DNA of 24,000 nt. Origin: an uncultured Alphaproteobacteria bacterium (lineage in GTDB: Bacteria; Pseudomonadota; Alphaproteobacteria; Rhizobiales; Xanthobacteraceae). The notes under the pieces were generated by a model that saw nothing but the letters and a program-made list of their open reading frames with translations, searched no databases and was not told the origin of the DNA. The stretch covers positions 569,925-593,924 of the forward strand of contig CAVRHR010000007.1 of NCBI GenBank assembly GCA_963721005.1, read 5' to 3'. How positions within the stretch are numbered: position 1 is the first letter of the stretch; the number at the start of each line of letters is the position of its first letter. Of the stretch, positions 1-9,568 are shown in pieces. The position numbers and the translations under genes were made by a program.

Positions 1-986
1 GGGCCACCATGATCCTGGTGCGCCCGCTGATGCGCGCCAATGCGCCGCGGCTGCACAATGCCCATGTGATCGTGTTCTTCATCTTCCTCGCCGCCAATAT
101 CGGCGGCGCGCTCACGCCGCTCGGCAATCCGCCGCTGTTCGTGGGCTTCCTGCATGGCGTCGATTTCTTCTGGGCGGCGCAGCATCTTCTGGTACCGACC
201 GCGACGGCGGCTGGCCTCGTGCTGGCCGTGTTCCTGGGCGTGGACGTCTGGCTCTACCGGCAGGACCGCCGGGTCGCGCCGGTCGGCGAGCCGCCGTTGC
301 CGGTTGCTTTGCGCGTACGCGGCCGCATCAATTTCCTGTTGATCGTCGGCATCGTGGCCGCGATCCTGGGCTCGGCGCTGTGGCGGCCTGGCGTGCGCTT
401 CGATGTCTACGGCACGCCGCTCGAGCTGCAGAACCTGGTGCGCGACGCGCTGCTCATGCTGCTCGCCGTCCTGTCCCTGGTGCTCACCCCCAACGAGCAC
501 CGCGAGGCCAACGGCTTCACCTGGGAGCCGATCGCCGAGGTGGCGATCCTGTTCGGCGGCATCTTTGCCTGCATCATACCGGTGCTGGCTATGCTGCAGG
601 CCGGGCCCGCCGGCGCCTTCTCCTGGCTGCTCGCCGCCGCCACCGCCGAGGGCGGCCCCGACAACGTCGCTTATTTCTGGCTGAGCGGCACGCTGTCGGC
701 GTTCCTCGACAATGCGCCGACTTATCTGGTGTTCTTCGAGCTCGCCGGCGGCGATCCGGGCGCCCTGATGGGGCCGCTGCGCGCCACCTTGGCGGCGATC
801 ACCATGGGGACGGCCTACATGGGGGCGCTCACCTATCTCGGCAATGCGCCGAACCTGATGATCTATGCGTTGGCGGTCGAGCGCGGCATCCGGATGCCGA
901 GCTTCTTCGGCTTCATGGGTTGGTCCTGCGCGGTGCTGCTGCCGGTGTTCGGGCTCGTTACGTTTTTGTTCGTGGGGCGGCCCTGA
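1..986 (+). CDS. ArsB/NhaD-superfamily ion permease (sodium:proton antiporter-like), 5' end outside the window
   Basis: The ORF 9..986 stays open back to base 1. The product is polytopic and hydrophobic. It carries motifs typical of this permease superfamily (LTPLGNPPLF, FLDNAPTYLVFF, GNAPNLMIYA). Confidence 0.6.
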   Translation, partial: ATMILVRPLMRANAPRLHNAHVIVFFIFLAANIGGALTPLGNPPLFVGFLHGVDFFWAAQHLLVPTATAAGLVLAVFLGVDVWLYRQDRRVAPVGEPPLPVALRVRGRINFLLIVGIVAAILGSALWRPGVRFDVYGTPLELQNLVRDALLMLLAVLSLVLTPNEHREANGFTWEPIAEVAILFGGIFACIIPVLAMLQAGPAGAFSWLLAAATAEGGPDNVAYFWLSGTLSAFLDNAPTYLVFFELAGGDPGALMGPLRATLAAITMGTAYMGALTYLGNAPNLMIYALAVERGIRMPSFFGFMGWSCAVLLPVFGLVTFLFVGRP

Positions 987-1443
987 GCTTGCCGCGCGCG
1001 GCGGGCTTGCCGTTGCGCGCACGCGCCGGAGGCAGGACCGCGACCGCCTCGATCTCCAGCAGCGCATCCTTCCGGGCGAACTTGGCGACCTCGAGCGTGG
1101 TGCTGGCCGGCAACGCTTCGGGGTTGAGATGGCGGGCGCGCACGTCGCGCAGCGCCGGCAGGTCGGTGATGTGCATGAGATAGCTGGTGAGCTTGACGAT
1201 GTCGGCAAAGCCGGCCCCGACCGCGGCCAAAGCCGCCTGCAAGTTCTTGAACACCTGCTCGGCCTGTGCCCGAAAATCGCCGGCCGCGAGCTTGCCGTCG
1301 CGATCGGTGCCGAGCTGGCCCGAAATATAGATGGTGCGGCCGGGGCCGACGACCTCGACGACCTGGGTATAGGTCGGCGGCCGCACCAGGCCATCGGGAT
1401 TGATGAAGCGGATGTGGGCCACAGGGTCCTCCCTCAAGGTCAT
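958..1443 (-). CDS. RidA/YjgF/TdcF-family reactive-intermediate deaminase, cytoplasmic form
   Basis: The 161-aa ORF carries the family signature ([24 protein letters not shown] ... TTLEVAKFARKDALLEIEAVAVL). It has no signal peptide. Its 3' end overlaps the convergent permease gene by 29 bp. Confidence 0.85.
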   Translation of the reverse strand: MTLREDPVAHIRFINPDGLVRPPTYTQVVEVVGPGRTIYISGQLGTDRDGKLAAGDFRAQAEQVFKNLQAALAAVGAGFADIVKLTSYLMHITDLPALRDVRARHLNPEALPASTTLEVAKFARKDALLEIEAVAVLPPARARNGKPAARGKLRAAPRTKT

Positions 1444-1641
1444 TGTGCGTGCGCCGGCAGCCCCATCTTAGGTGTTTGTGCCGACTTTTCGCCAGTCCAG
1501 CCGCTCCCCGGCTGAACCTTTTGGGCGGTTGCCGCGACTAATAGGCGACAGCTGCGACTTAGACAGCAACCTAAACGGCCCGGGCGCGTTGAGTATCGTC
1601 AATGCGAACCGGGGTTCGCGCATGGGACAGGGGAGCGCACC

Positions 1642-2379
1642 GTGCTGAAATCTCGCCATCTGGCCTCCACCATTCTCGTCGCGGCCTTCGCCGGCCTCAT
1701 GGTCGCAGCCGCCCCGGCGCCCGCCGCCGCCGAGAACCTGTTCGACTTCTTCTTCAACGGCGCGCGGCGGCCCTCCCCGCCCCCGAGCGCCAGCGCCTAT
1801 GCGGACCCGCAGACCGATCCCTACGCCGCCAAGCCGGCCGATCCCGCTCCGCGCGTGGATACGGGCCCGGCGGTCTCCTATTGCGTGCGCCTGTGCGACG
1901 GCCACTTCTTCCCGATCCAGCGCAGCAGCGCCAGCCCGGTCGAGATCTGCAACTCGTTCTGCCCCGCCGCCCGCACCAAGATTTTCTCCGGCAGCACCAT
2001 CGACCATGCGGTCGCCCATGACGGGAGCCGCTACGCGGAGCTCGCCAACGCGTTTGCGTACCGCAAGGGCGTCGTGCCGGGCTGCAGCTGCAACGGCAAG
2101 GATGCGTTCGGCCTCGTCACCATGAAGGCCGCCGAGGATCCGACCTTGCGGCAGGGCGACGTGGTGGCGACCGATGATGGCTTTGTGGCCTATAGCGGCA
2201 GCCACAAGAACACCGCCGACTTCACCCCAATCAAATCGGCCCCCGGCGTTGCGGCCGAATCGAAGCGCCAGCTGGCCCAGACCAGGATCGCGCCGGCGCC
2301 CCAGAGCTCGCCCGCCGCGATCAACAGCTCGGCCTCCAGCCGCGACGGCAACGACCGCCAGGCTCAGCTGGAGAGATAG
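1642..2379 (+). CDS. Secreted DUF2865-family protein
   Basis: GTG start with GGGGAG 7 nt upstream. N-terminal signal peptide (STILVAAFAGLMVAAAPAPAAA). Contains the Cys motif YCVRLCDGHFFPI ... CNSFCP that I recognise as DUF2865. Confidence 0.7.
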   Translation: MLKSRHLASTILVAAFAGLMVAAAPAPAAAENLFDFFFNGARRPSPPPSASAYADPQTDPYAAKPADPAPRVDTGPAVSYCVRLCDGHFFPIQRSSASPVEICNSFCPAARTKIFSGSTIDHAVAHDGSRYAELANAFAYRKGVVPGCSCNGKDAFGLVTMKAAEDPTLRQGDVVATDDGFVAYSGSHKNTADFTPIKSAPGVAAESKRQLAQTRIAPAPQSSPAAINSSASSRDGNDRQAQLER

Positions 2380-3473
2380 GCCACCACTTCCCGCGCCAGC
2401 GACAGCGCCGAGGTCAGCCCCGGCGACTCGATGCCGAACAGGTGGACGAGGCCGGCGAGCCCGTGGTCCCTGGGCGCATCAATCATGAAATCGGCCGCCG
2501 GCTCCCCCGGTCCGGTCAGCTTCGGCCTGATCCCGGCATAGTCGGGCAGCAGCGCGCCGTCCGGCAGCCCCGGCCAATAGTCGCGGATGCTCCGGTAGAA
2601 AGCCGCCGCGCGCCCCGGATCCACATCGTAGCTCTCCGTGTCAATCCACTCCACGTCGGGGCCGAAGCGCATGCGCCCGGCGAGGTCGAGGGTCACGTGC
2701 ACCCCGAGGCCACCCGGAACCGGGACCGGATAGATCAGCCGCGTGAATGCCGGCCGCCCGGCGAGGCCGAAATAGTTGCCCTTGGCGAGCCTCAGGCGCG
2801 GCACCCGCTCGGCCGGATAGCCTTCGGTCGCGGCGCTCAGGCGCTGCGCCCCGAGCCCCGCCGCATTGACCACGGCGTCGAAATGGACCCACTCCGCCGG
2901 CTCGTGACCGAGCGGCTCGTGACCGAAGCCGGCCTTCCAGCCCGGCTTGCCGGGCGCAAGCCGCTCGATCCGTGTGTTCAACGCGATGCTGCCGCCGCGA
3001 TCCTCGAGATCGCCACGCAGCGCGGTCATGAAGGCATGGCTGTCGATGATGCCGGTCTCGGGCGAGCACAGCGCCGCCGCGCAGACCAGCGCCGGCTCCA
3101 GCCGCCGCGCCGCCGCAGCGTCGATCAGCTCGAGCCCCTCGACCCCGTTGCGGCGGCCCTGGGCTTGGAGCGCTTCGAGCGCGGCAAGCTCGGCCTCGCG
3201 GGTGGCCACGATCAGCTTGCCGCATTTGCGGTGCGGCACCCCGTGGGAGACGCAGTAATCATAGAGCAGCCGGCGGCTGGGCGCGCACAGCCGCGCCCGC
3301 GCCGAGCCGGTCGGATAGTAGATGCCGGCATGGATTACCTCGCTGTTGCGCGAGGAGATGCCGGTGCCGATCGCGGTGCCGGCTTCCGCCACCACGACGT
3401 CGGCGCCCGCGAGCGCCGCCGCGCGCGCCACCGCCAGCCCGACCACGCCCGCCCCGACCACCAGCACCTGCAT
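2364..3473 (-). CDS. FAD-dependent oxidoreductase (COG0579, L-2-hydroxyglutarate oxidase-like)
   Basis: N-terminal Rossmann motif MQVLVVGAGVVGLA followed by SSRNSEVIHAGIYYP. The frame is intact. The start is placed at the second Met (3473); the ORF extends to 3488. Confidence 0.8.
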   Translation of the reverse strand: MQVLVVGAGVVGLAVARAAALAGADVVVAEAGTAIGTGISSRNSEVIHAGIYYPTGSARARLCAPSRRLLYDYCVSHGVPHRKCGKLIVATREAELAALEALQAQGRRNGVEGLELIDAAAARRLEPALVCAAALCSPETGIIDSHAFMTALRGDLEDRGGSIALNTRIERLAPGKPGWKAGFGHEPLGHEPAEWVHFDAVVNAAGLGAQRLSAATEGYPAERVPRLRLAKGNYFGLAGRPAFTRLIYPVPVPGGLGVHVTLDLAGRMRFGPDVEWIDTESYDVDPGRAAAFYRSIRDYWPGLPDGALLPDYAGIRPKLTGPGEPAADFMIDAPRDHGLAGLVHLFGIESPGLTSALSLAREVVAYLSS

Positions 3474-3756
3474 CGAACCGGCCCGCATCGTTGCGCAATG
3501 GATGGCGGTGTTAGAGCATTTTCCTCAAAAAAGATCGCCCTCGCAAAAGCGGAGGCGGAAACCAGGTTGCGGTCCTGATTTGCGATGGATCAAGACGGCC
3601 GGAGCGATTTGGTTGATGGATAAACATACGTTCACGATGAGACCATTCATCTCGAGTTCAAGGAAGCCGAGATATATTCGTATTGACAGCAACCAAACCC
3701 CATTTGGCGCGTTGGTGATCCAGGGAGCTTGAAATTTCATTTTTGGAGCTGCATCC

Positions 3757-5635
3757 ATGCGACGAATTAATCTTCGCGCCGGTACGGCGCTGGCGCTGAT
3801 CTTGCCGGTGCTCATGGCGCCGGCGTTCATGACGAATGCTGCGGCGCAGGTAAAGAGGGACCCGCACGCAGGCGGAGCCCCGGCGGCCCGCGTGGCACCG
3901 CCGGCCCCCGTGCAGCGCGCCGCTCCACCGGCACCCGCCCCGCACCTCGCGGCGCCCGTGGCTGCGACGCCCCATTTCACCGCACCAGCAGCACGCATCG
4001 CCGCGCCGGTGCAGCAACAGCAGCAGGTGCACATCCAGCAACAGCCGCACTTCCAGCAGCAGCAGCACATTGCCGCACCTGCACACATTGCCGCACCCAC
4101 CCACATGGCAACGCCCGTTCATGCCGCGCCACATATCGCCACACAACAGACGGTCCGGCCGAATTTCACGCGGCCAAACGGCGTGCATGACAATGCGGCG
4201 AACGCGGTCGTGAAGCAGCAGCAGATTCAGGCCCACGGCCACAATGTCGGGCCCAACAATCTCGGCAACAACACGGGGGCGCACGACCTGGCGCACCGCG
4301 GCCTGAACAATCCGAGCCAGAACAACGCGGCGCGCACCATCACCGGCCCGAACAAGACCGTTACCGGGCCGAGCAATCCGGGCACCGCGGCCTCCAAGCT
4401 CGCCGGCCCCAACAAGACACCGCCCGGCACCGCGACCCCGAACGCGCTCGGGCAGGGAACCGGAAATCGCGGCCGCGAAAACCAGGCCCAGATCAAGGCG
4501 CAGCAGCAGGCACAAGCGCAGGCGCGCGCGCAGATCTATGCGGGCCACGGCAAGCCGGTCCTGCACAATCAAATCTTCGCCAATGCGTCGGCCCGCGATC
4601 CGGCGCAGCGGGCAATGGCCCATGCGACCTTCCAGGGCGGGTTTGCGCGCTTCCACGACCACGACCGGCGCGACCGGTTCGCGGACCGGCGCGGCTTCCA
4701 CGGCGTGGTGATCGGCTGGGGCGGCCCGGTGTTCTGGCCCTACGCCTATACGGATCTGGTCGACTACACGTTCTGGCCTTCCGCCAACGACACGTTCTGG
4801 CCCTACGCCTATGACGACGTCTATGACGGCATATTCGGCGCCTATGCGCCCGATGCGACCGCCTATGCCAATGTGCCGAGCGCCGGCCGACGGCCGCTGC
4901 CGCGCGGCGCAGTCACGACCGGCAGCGTGGCGACCGGAGTGGCCGCGGGCGGCATGGCGCAAATCTGCTCAGGCCAGGCGTCCGGGCTGACCGACTGGCC
5001 GATCGAGCGGATCGCCCAGCAGGTTCAGCCGACTGCCGAGCAACGCTCGTTGCTGGATCAATTGAAGGACGCCACCGCGCAGGCCGTGAATCTCCTGCAG
5101 TCCAGCTGCCCGACCGATCTGCCGAGCACGCCGACCGGCCGGCTGGCTGCGATGCGCCAGCGCATCGAGCCCATGCTGCAGGCGGTGCAGACGGTGCGCC
5201 CGGCGCTCGAGCAAGTTCTACGGCTCGCTGAGCGACGAGCAGAAGGAGCGTTTCATCGCGCTGGAGGCCGAAGGCGCCCCCAAGGCCGCGCCGCCAGCAG
5301 CCCAACGTCGCGCAGGCTTGCGGCGGCTCAGCCAAGCAGATCGCCAGCCTGCCGATCAGCACAGATCCAGCAGCTGCTGCATCCCAACGATGCACAGCGC
5401 GCCGCGCTCGATGAGCTCAACAACGCGTCCGCCCAGGCGGCCCACGTGCTCAACGAGAATTGCGCGCCAGGATCAATCGCTCACGCCTCCCGGCCGGGTG
5501 GCGGCCATGGAGGGGCGGCTGACCGCCATGCTCAAGGCGCTGGACACGGTGCAGCCGGCGATCGCGAAGTTCTACAATTCGCTGACCGACGAGCAGAAGG
5601 CGCGCTTCGATCGGCTCGGCCCGCGCCAGGGCTGA
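3757..5635 (+). pseudogene. Secreted Spy/CpxP-like (LTXXQ-type) periplasmic protein with a duplicated C-terminal domain; frame broken about 4 times as given
   Basis: Signal peptide MRRINLRAGTALALILPVLMAPAFMTNAAAQ, then a P/A/Q/H low-complexity region and FWPYAY aromatic repeats. Two copies of a helical domain each end in KFY(G/N)SL(S/T)DEQK(E/A)RF. Following the homologous repeat requires +1 shifts near 5211, 5300, 5362 and 5468. The 1879-nt span equals 625 codons plus 4 nt. Confidence 0.6.
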
Positions 5636-5654
5636 TCGGGCGGCTTCGACCAAC

Positions 5655-5682
5655 AAAAAAGGGCGGCCACGAGGGCCGCCCC
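5655..5682 (-). terminator. Rho-independent terminator downstream of pckA
   Basis: The minus strand reads GGGCGGCC-CTCGT-GGCCGCCC followed by TTTTTT. This lies about 80 nt past the pckA stop. Confidence 0.6.
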
Positions 5683-5760
5683 TACAAACGAGAATTGCGT
5701 AGGGGCGCCCCATAAGCCCGTCGAAGACGGGCGTAGACGCCCTGGTGATGGGCGCCCGTG

Positions 5761-7381
5761 TTATTCCGCCGCGATCCGCACCTCGGGGGCCGCGGCCCGC
5801 ACGTCGGCGTCGACGTGGGATTCGAACTTGACGAAGTTCTCCTGGAACATGCGCACCAGATTGCGCGCCGTCTTGTCGAACGCCGCCTTATCCTTCCAGG
5901 TCTTCATCGGATAGAGCAGATGCGGCTCGACGCCCGGCACCGAGGTCGGCACCGCGAAGCCGAAATAGGGATCGGTGCGGTAGCTCGCCGACTTGAGCGA
6001 GCCGTCGAGCGCGCCGGTCACCAGCGCGCGCGTCGCCTTGATCGGCATGCGCCGCCCGACCCCGTAGATGCCGCCGGTCCAGCCGCTGTTGACCAGCCAG
6101 CAATCGACCTTGTGGTTGGCGATGTAGTCGCGCAGCAGGTTGCCGTACTCGGCCGGCGGCCGCGGCAGGAACGGCGCCCCGAAGCAGGTGGAGAATTCCG
6201 GCTCGACCCCGACCAGGCCCTTCTCGGTGCCCGCCACCTTGGCGGTGTAGCCGGAGAGGAAGTGGTACATCGCCTGCGCCGGCGTCAGCTTGGCGATCGG
6301 CGGCATCACCCCGAAGGCGTCGGCGGTCAGCATGATGATGTTCTTGGGCTGGCCGGCGCGGCCGGTGCGCGAGGCATTGGGAATGAAATCGAGCGGATAG
6401 GCGGAGCGGGTGTTCTCGGTCTTGGAATCGTCGTCGAAATTGCAGACCCGGGTCAGCGGATCGAACACCACGTTCTCCAGCACGGCGCCGAAGCGGTTGG
6501 TGGCGGCGTAGATTTCCGGCTCGGCCTCGGCGGAGAGCTTGATGCATTTGGCGTAGCAGCCGCCCTCGAAATTGAACACGCCGTCGGGGCTCCAGCCGTG
6601 CTCGTCGTCGCCGATCAGGGTGCGGTTGGGATCGGCCGACAGCGTGGTCTTGCCGGTGCCGGACAGGCCGAAGAACAGCGCCACGTCGCCGTCGCGGCCC
6701 ACATTGGCGGAGCAATGCATCGGCATGACGCCGCGCGCCGGCAGGAAGAAGTTGAGCGTGCGTGAACACCGATTTCTTGATCTCGCCCGCATAGGACGAG
6801 TTGCCGATCAGGATGATCTTGCGCGAGAAGTCGATGGCGATGATGGTCTCGGAGCGCACCCCGTGGCGCTTGGGATCGGCCTTGAAGGACGGCAGATCGA
6901 CGATGGTGAGCTCGGGGATGAAATCTTCCAGCTCCGGCTCGGTCGGCCGGATCAGCAATTGCCGGATGAACAGCGAGTGCCAGGCGTATTCGGTAAAGAC
7001 CCGGGTATTGATCCGGTATTTCGGATCGGCGCCGCCATAGAGATCCTGGGCGAACAGCTTCTTGCCGCGGGCGTGCGCGATGAAATCCTCGTAGAGGCGC
7101 TGGAAGTTCTCCTGGCTGATCTTGCGGTTGCCCTCCCACCAGACCGAGCCCTCGGTGAGCGCGTCGACGACGGTGTGCTTGTCCTTCGGGCTGCGGCCGG
7201 TATGGACGCCGGTCTCCGCGCAGATCGGGCCGCCCTGCACGATCGAGGCCTCGCCGGCCGCGATGGCATGCTCGTAGAGCGGCGGCGCATCGAGATTCCA
7301 GTGGACCGAAGCCAGGTCCTTGAATCCGAATTTGTCGGCGCCGTGGGCGCGGTTCCTCAATCCCGTTTCCTGCACGATCAA
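5761..7381 (-). pseudogene. pckA: Phosphoenolpyruvate carboxykinase (ATP), one frame break as given
   Basis: The N-terminal 5888..7381 ORF runs to ...[13 protein letters not shown]. The C-terminal 5761..6792 ORF continues [20 protein letters not shown]...[13 protein letters not shown]...GDDEHGW. The junction is near 6760, where the minus strand reads ttc acg c acg ctc aac. The 1621-nt span equals 540 codons plus 1 nt. Confidence 0.95.
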
Positions 7382-7466
7382 CCTCCGCCTCGACGTCCGG
7401 CCGCCGCCGGAACCCTTCCGATCTGCCGCGTGCTTGCAGCGCCGCGTCTCGCAGCCCGGCCGGACG

Positions 7467-7504
7467 CACTATAGCGCCCGCCCGCGTGGCCCGCACCTAT
7501 AGTG
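7467..7504. promoter_or_regulatory. Candidate operator or promoter element upstream of pckA: CACTATAG-N22-CTATAGTG
   Basis: A perfect 8-bp inverted repeat forms two AT-rich islands in a GC-rich intergenic region, 86-123 nt upstream of the pckA ATG. No known motif is assigned. Confidence 0.2.
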
Positions 7505-7635
7505 GGCATCGCGACAGCCTGCCAAGGCAAAATGGCGCTTCAGGATTTCTTCGGTTAACTCGTGCGATTACCAATGCATTTCACGGATTCCGTCACCGCA
7601 GTGCAGCAGCGCACAGCCGCTGCGAAACCCCGGGC

Positions 7636-8358
7636 TCAGGCCGCGCGCGCCTGCTCGGCAAGCTGCTTGAGGGTCTGCCGCAGCACGCCCGGGGCCCGCA
7701 CGCGCTGCGGGAACGGCAGCCGCAACGCCGTGCGGTCGAGCTGCAGCTCGAGGCCCTCGGGGTCGCAGCCGACGCAGCGCCAGGCGCCGTCGGGCGCGCC
7801 CAGGAGCTTGGTGGCATAGAGCCGGCAGGCCTCGGCATGATCCTGGTTCATGTGCGCCAGGACCTCGGGCTCGGCCGCCACCAGCTCGCCGGCATCGTCG
7901 GTCGCGGTCAGCACGTCGGCGGGCTTGAGGTCGACGATGCGGCCGAAGCCGGCGACCAGGTGCACGCTCTTGAGCGTCATCTGGTAGAAGCTGAAATCCG
8001 CAAAGCCGGCGAACATCTCCGCCTCCGGCTGGCGGTCGAGGTAGCGCCGGCGGGCATTGGGATCGTCGGTCGCGGCCGCCGTCCCCATCAGCATGATGCG
8101 CCCGCCCTGCAGGGGATCGCCTTCCTTGCGCTCGTCGATCATGAGCGAGACGCGCGGATCGGCGAGGATGTTCTTGGTGTGCACCGCGAGCCGGGAGATC
8201 AGCAGCAGCGGCGCCCCGTCGGCCGCGGTCGCGACATTCACCAGCGAGCAATAGGGATCGCCGGAACCCGGCATCAGGGTCGCCAGCGCGCCCGAGCGGC
8301 CCTCGCGCAGGAGCTTCTTGGTCGCGGTCTTGGGATTGAAATCGGGGGTGGGTTTCAT
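7636..8358 (-). CDS. HugZ-family / pyridoxamine-5'-phosphate-oxidase-like FMN-binding protein with a DUF2470-type C-terminal domain
   Basis: The start at 8358 has a GGAGG about 6 nt upstream. The sequence GRSGALATL...PYCSLVNVATAADGAPLLLISRLAVHTKNI...RVSL is typical of the split-barrel fold. The C-terminal HMNQDHAEA motif is typical of DUF2470. Confidence 0.75.
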   Translation of the reverse strand: MKPTPDFNPKTATKKLLREGRSGALATLMPGSGDPYCSLVNVATAADGAPLLLISRLAVHTKNILADPRVSLMIDERKEGDPLQGGRIMLMGTAAATDDPNARRRYLDRQPEAEMFAGFADFSFYQMTLKSVHLVAGFGRIVDLKPADVLTATDDAGELVAAEPEVLAHMNQDHAEACRLYATKLLGAPDGAWRCVGCDPEGLELQLDRTALRLPFPQRVRAPGVLRQTLKQLAEQARAA

Positions 8359-8549
8359 GGGGTGCCTCCGGTTGGCCAGGGATTTGGAAGCGGTCGGGCC
8401 GCTGCTCTTGGCAATTCGATGCGGCTGCAGACAGGTATCGCGGTTCCAGCGTGTCCGGTTTGACGAAAATTGGCAACCGGCAGCGGCCTGGCCGCGGCAA
8501 CATAACCATGGCACGGCGGCGCCCGAGAGGGCTATACGGGGGGAAATCC

Positions 8550-8574
8550 TTTGACGAATCACGGGTTTGACGAG
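8550..8574 (+). promoter_or_regulatory. Direct repeats TTTGACGA(A/G) upstream of chvI (possible tandem -35 boxes or regulator half-sites)
   Basis: TTTGACGAA occurs at 8550 and TTTGACGAG at 8566, a 16-bp register. A third copy lies at 8459. All are within 190 nt of the chvI ATG at 8648. Confidence 0.25.
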
Positions 8575-8647
8575 GAATAGTCACACTTCGGCCTAGCTTT
8601 ATGGGCTTTCAAAGGCTCTGGGTGACCCGTCAGAGAACAGGGGCTTC

Positions 8648-9346
8648 ATGCCGACCATCGCTCTCGTCGACGACGACCGCAACATTCTGACCTCCGTCTC
8701 GATCGCGCTCGAGGCCGAGGGTTATCGGATCATGACCTATACGGACGGCGCCTCGGCGCTCGACGGTTTCAAGACCAGCCCGCCGGATCTCGCCATCCTC
8801 GACATCAAGATGCCGCGCATGGACGGGATGGAGACGCTGCGGCGCCTGCGCCAGAAGTCCGACATGCCGGTGATCTTCCTCACCTCCAAGGACGAGGAGA
8901 TCGACGAATTGTTCGGCCTCAAGATGGGCGCCGACGATTTCATCCGCAAGCCGTTCTCGCAGCGGCTTCTGGTCGAGCGCGTCAAGGCGGTGCTGCGCCG
9001 CGCCATCCCCAAGGACGGCGCCGTCCCCAAGGAGACCGACACCAAGGTGCTCGAGCGCGGCCTGCTGCGCATGGATCCGGAGCGTCACACCTGCACCTGG
9101 AAGAACGAGCCCGTCACCTTGACGGTCACCGAATTCCTGATCCTGCAGGCGCTGGCGAGCCGCCCGGGCGTGGTCAAGAGCCGCAACGCCCTGATGGATG
9201 CGGCCTATGACGATCAGGTCTATGTCGACGACCGCACCATCGACAGCCACATCAAGCGGCTGCGCAAGAAGTTCAAGTCCACCGACGACGAGTTCGACAT
9301 GATCGAAACGCTCTATGGCGTCGGCTATCGCTTCAAGGAGATCTGA
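8648..9346 (+). CDS. chvI: OmpR-family response regulator ChvI (BvrR orthologue)
   Basis: Intact 232-aa ORF. Receiver domain [17 protein letters not shown]...[14 protein letters not shown]. Winged-helix C-terminus LYGVGYRF. It sits immediately upstream of the ChvG-type kinase and hprK, as in other alphaproteobacteria. Confidence 0.9.
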   Translation: MPTIALVDDDRNILTSVSIALEAEGYRIMTYTDGASALDGFKTSPPDLAILDIKMPRMDGMETLRRLRQKSDMPVIFLTSKDEEIDELFGLKMGADDFIRKPFSQRLLVERVKAVLRRAIPKDGAVPKETDTKVLERGLLRMDPERHTCTWKNEPVTLTVTEFLILQALASRPGVVKSRNALMDAAYDDQVYVDDRTIDSHIKRLRKKFKSTDDEFDMIETLYGVGYRFKEI

Positions 9347-9568
9347 CGCCGCTCGACCGGTCGCGGCGCATGACGCCGGCGCGGCAGGGCATGACCGACC
9401 GGCGCCGGCAGGCCGGCCTGGTGCGCGGCGCCCGCAAATGCAACGGATTGCGCTGGCGTGCCCACCCCATGGAGCCCGGTTCGTGCTAGGGTTCCGCGAT
9501 CGGGGCCGGCCTGGACGAGGGCGCGCAACCCGGCGACCGTTCTGAACGGATCGATCAAATGAACATGC

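Noticed and set aside
3525-4106. Cys-rich 193-aa minus-strand ORF (MCCCCWKCGCCWMCTCCCCC...) that looks superficially like a metallothionein or bacteriocin
   Set aside because: The Cys/Trp run is simply the reverse-complement reading of the CAG/CAA (Gln) and CAC/CAT (His) repeat of the plus-strand secreted protein. There is no independent start context or homology.
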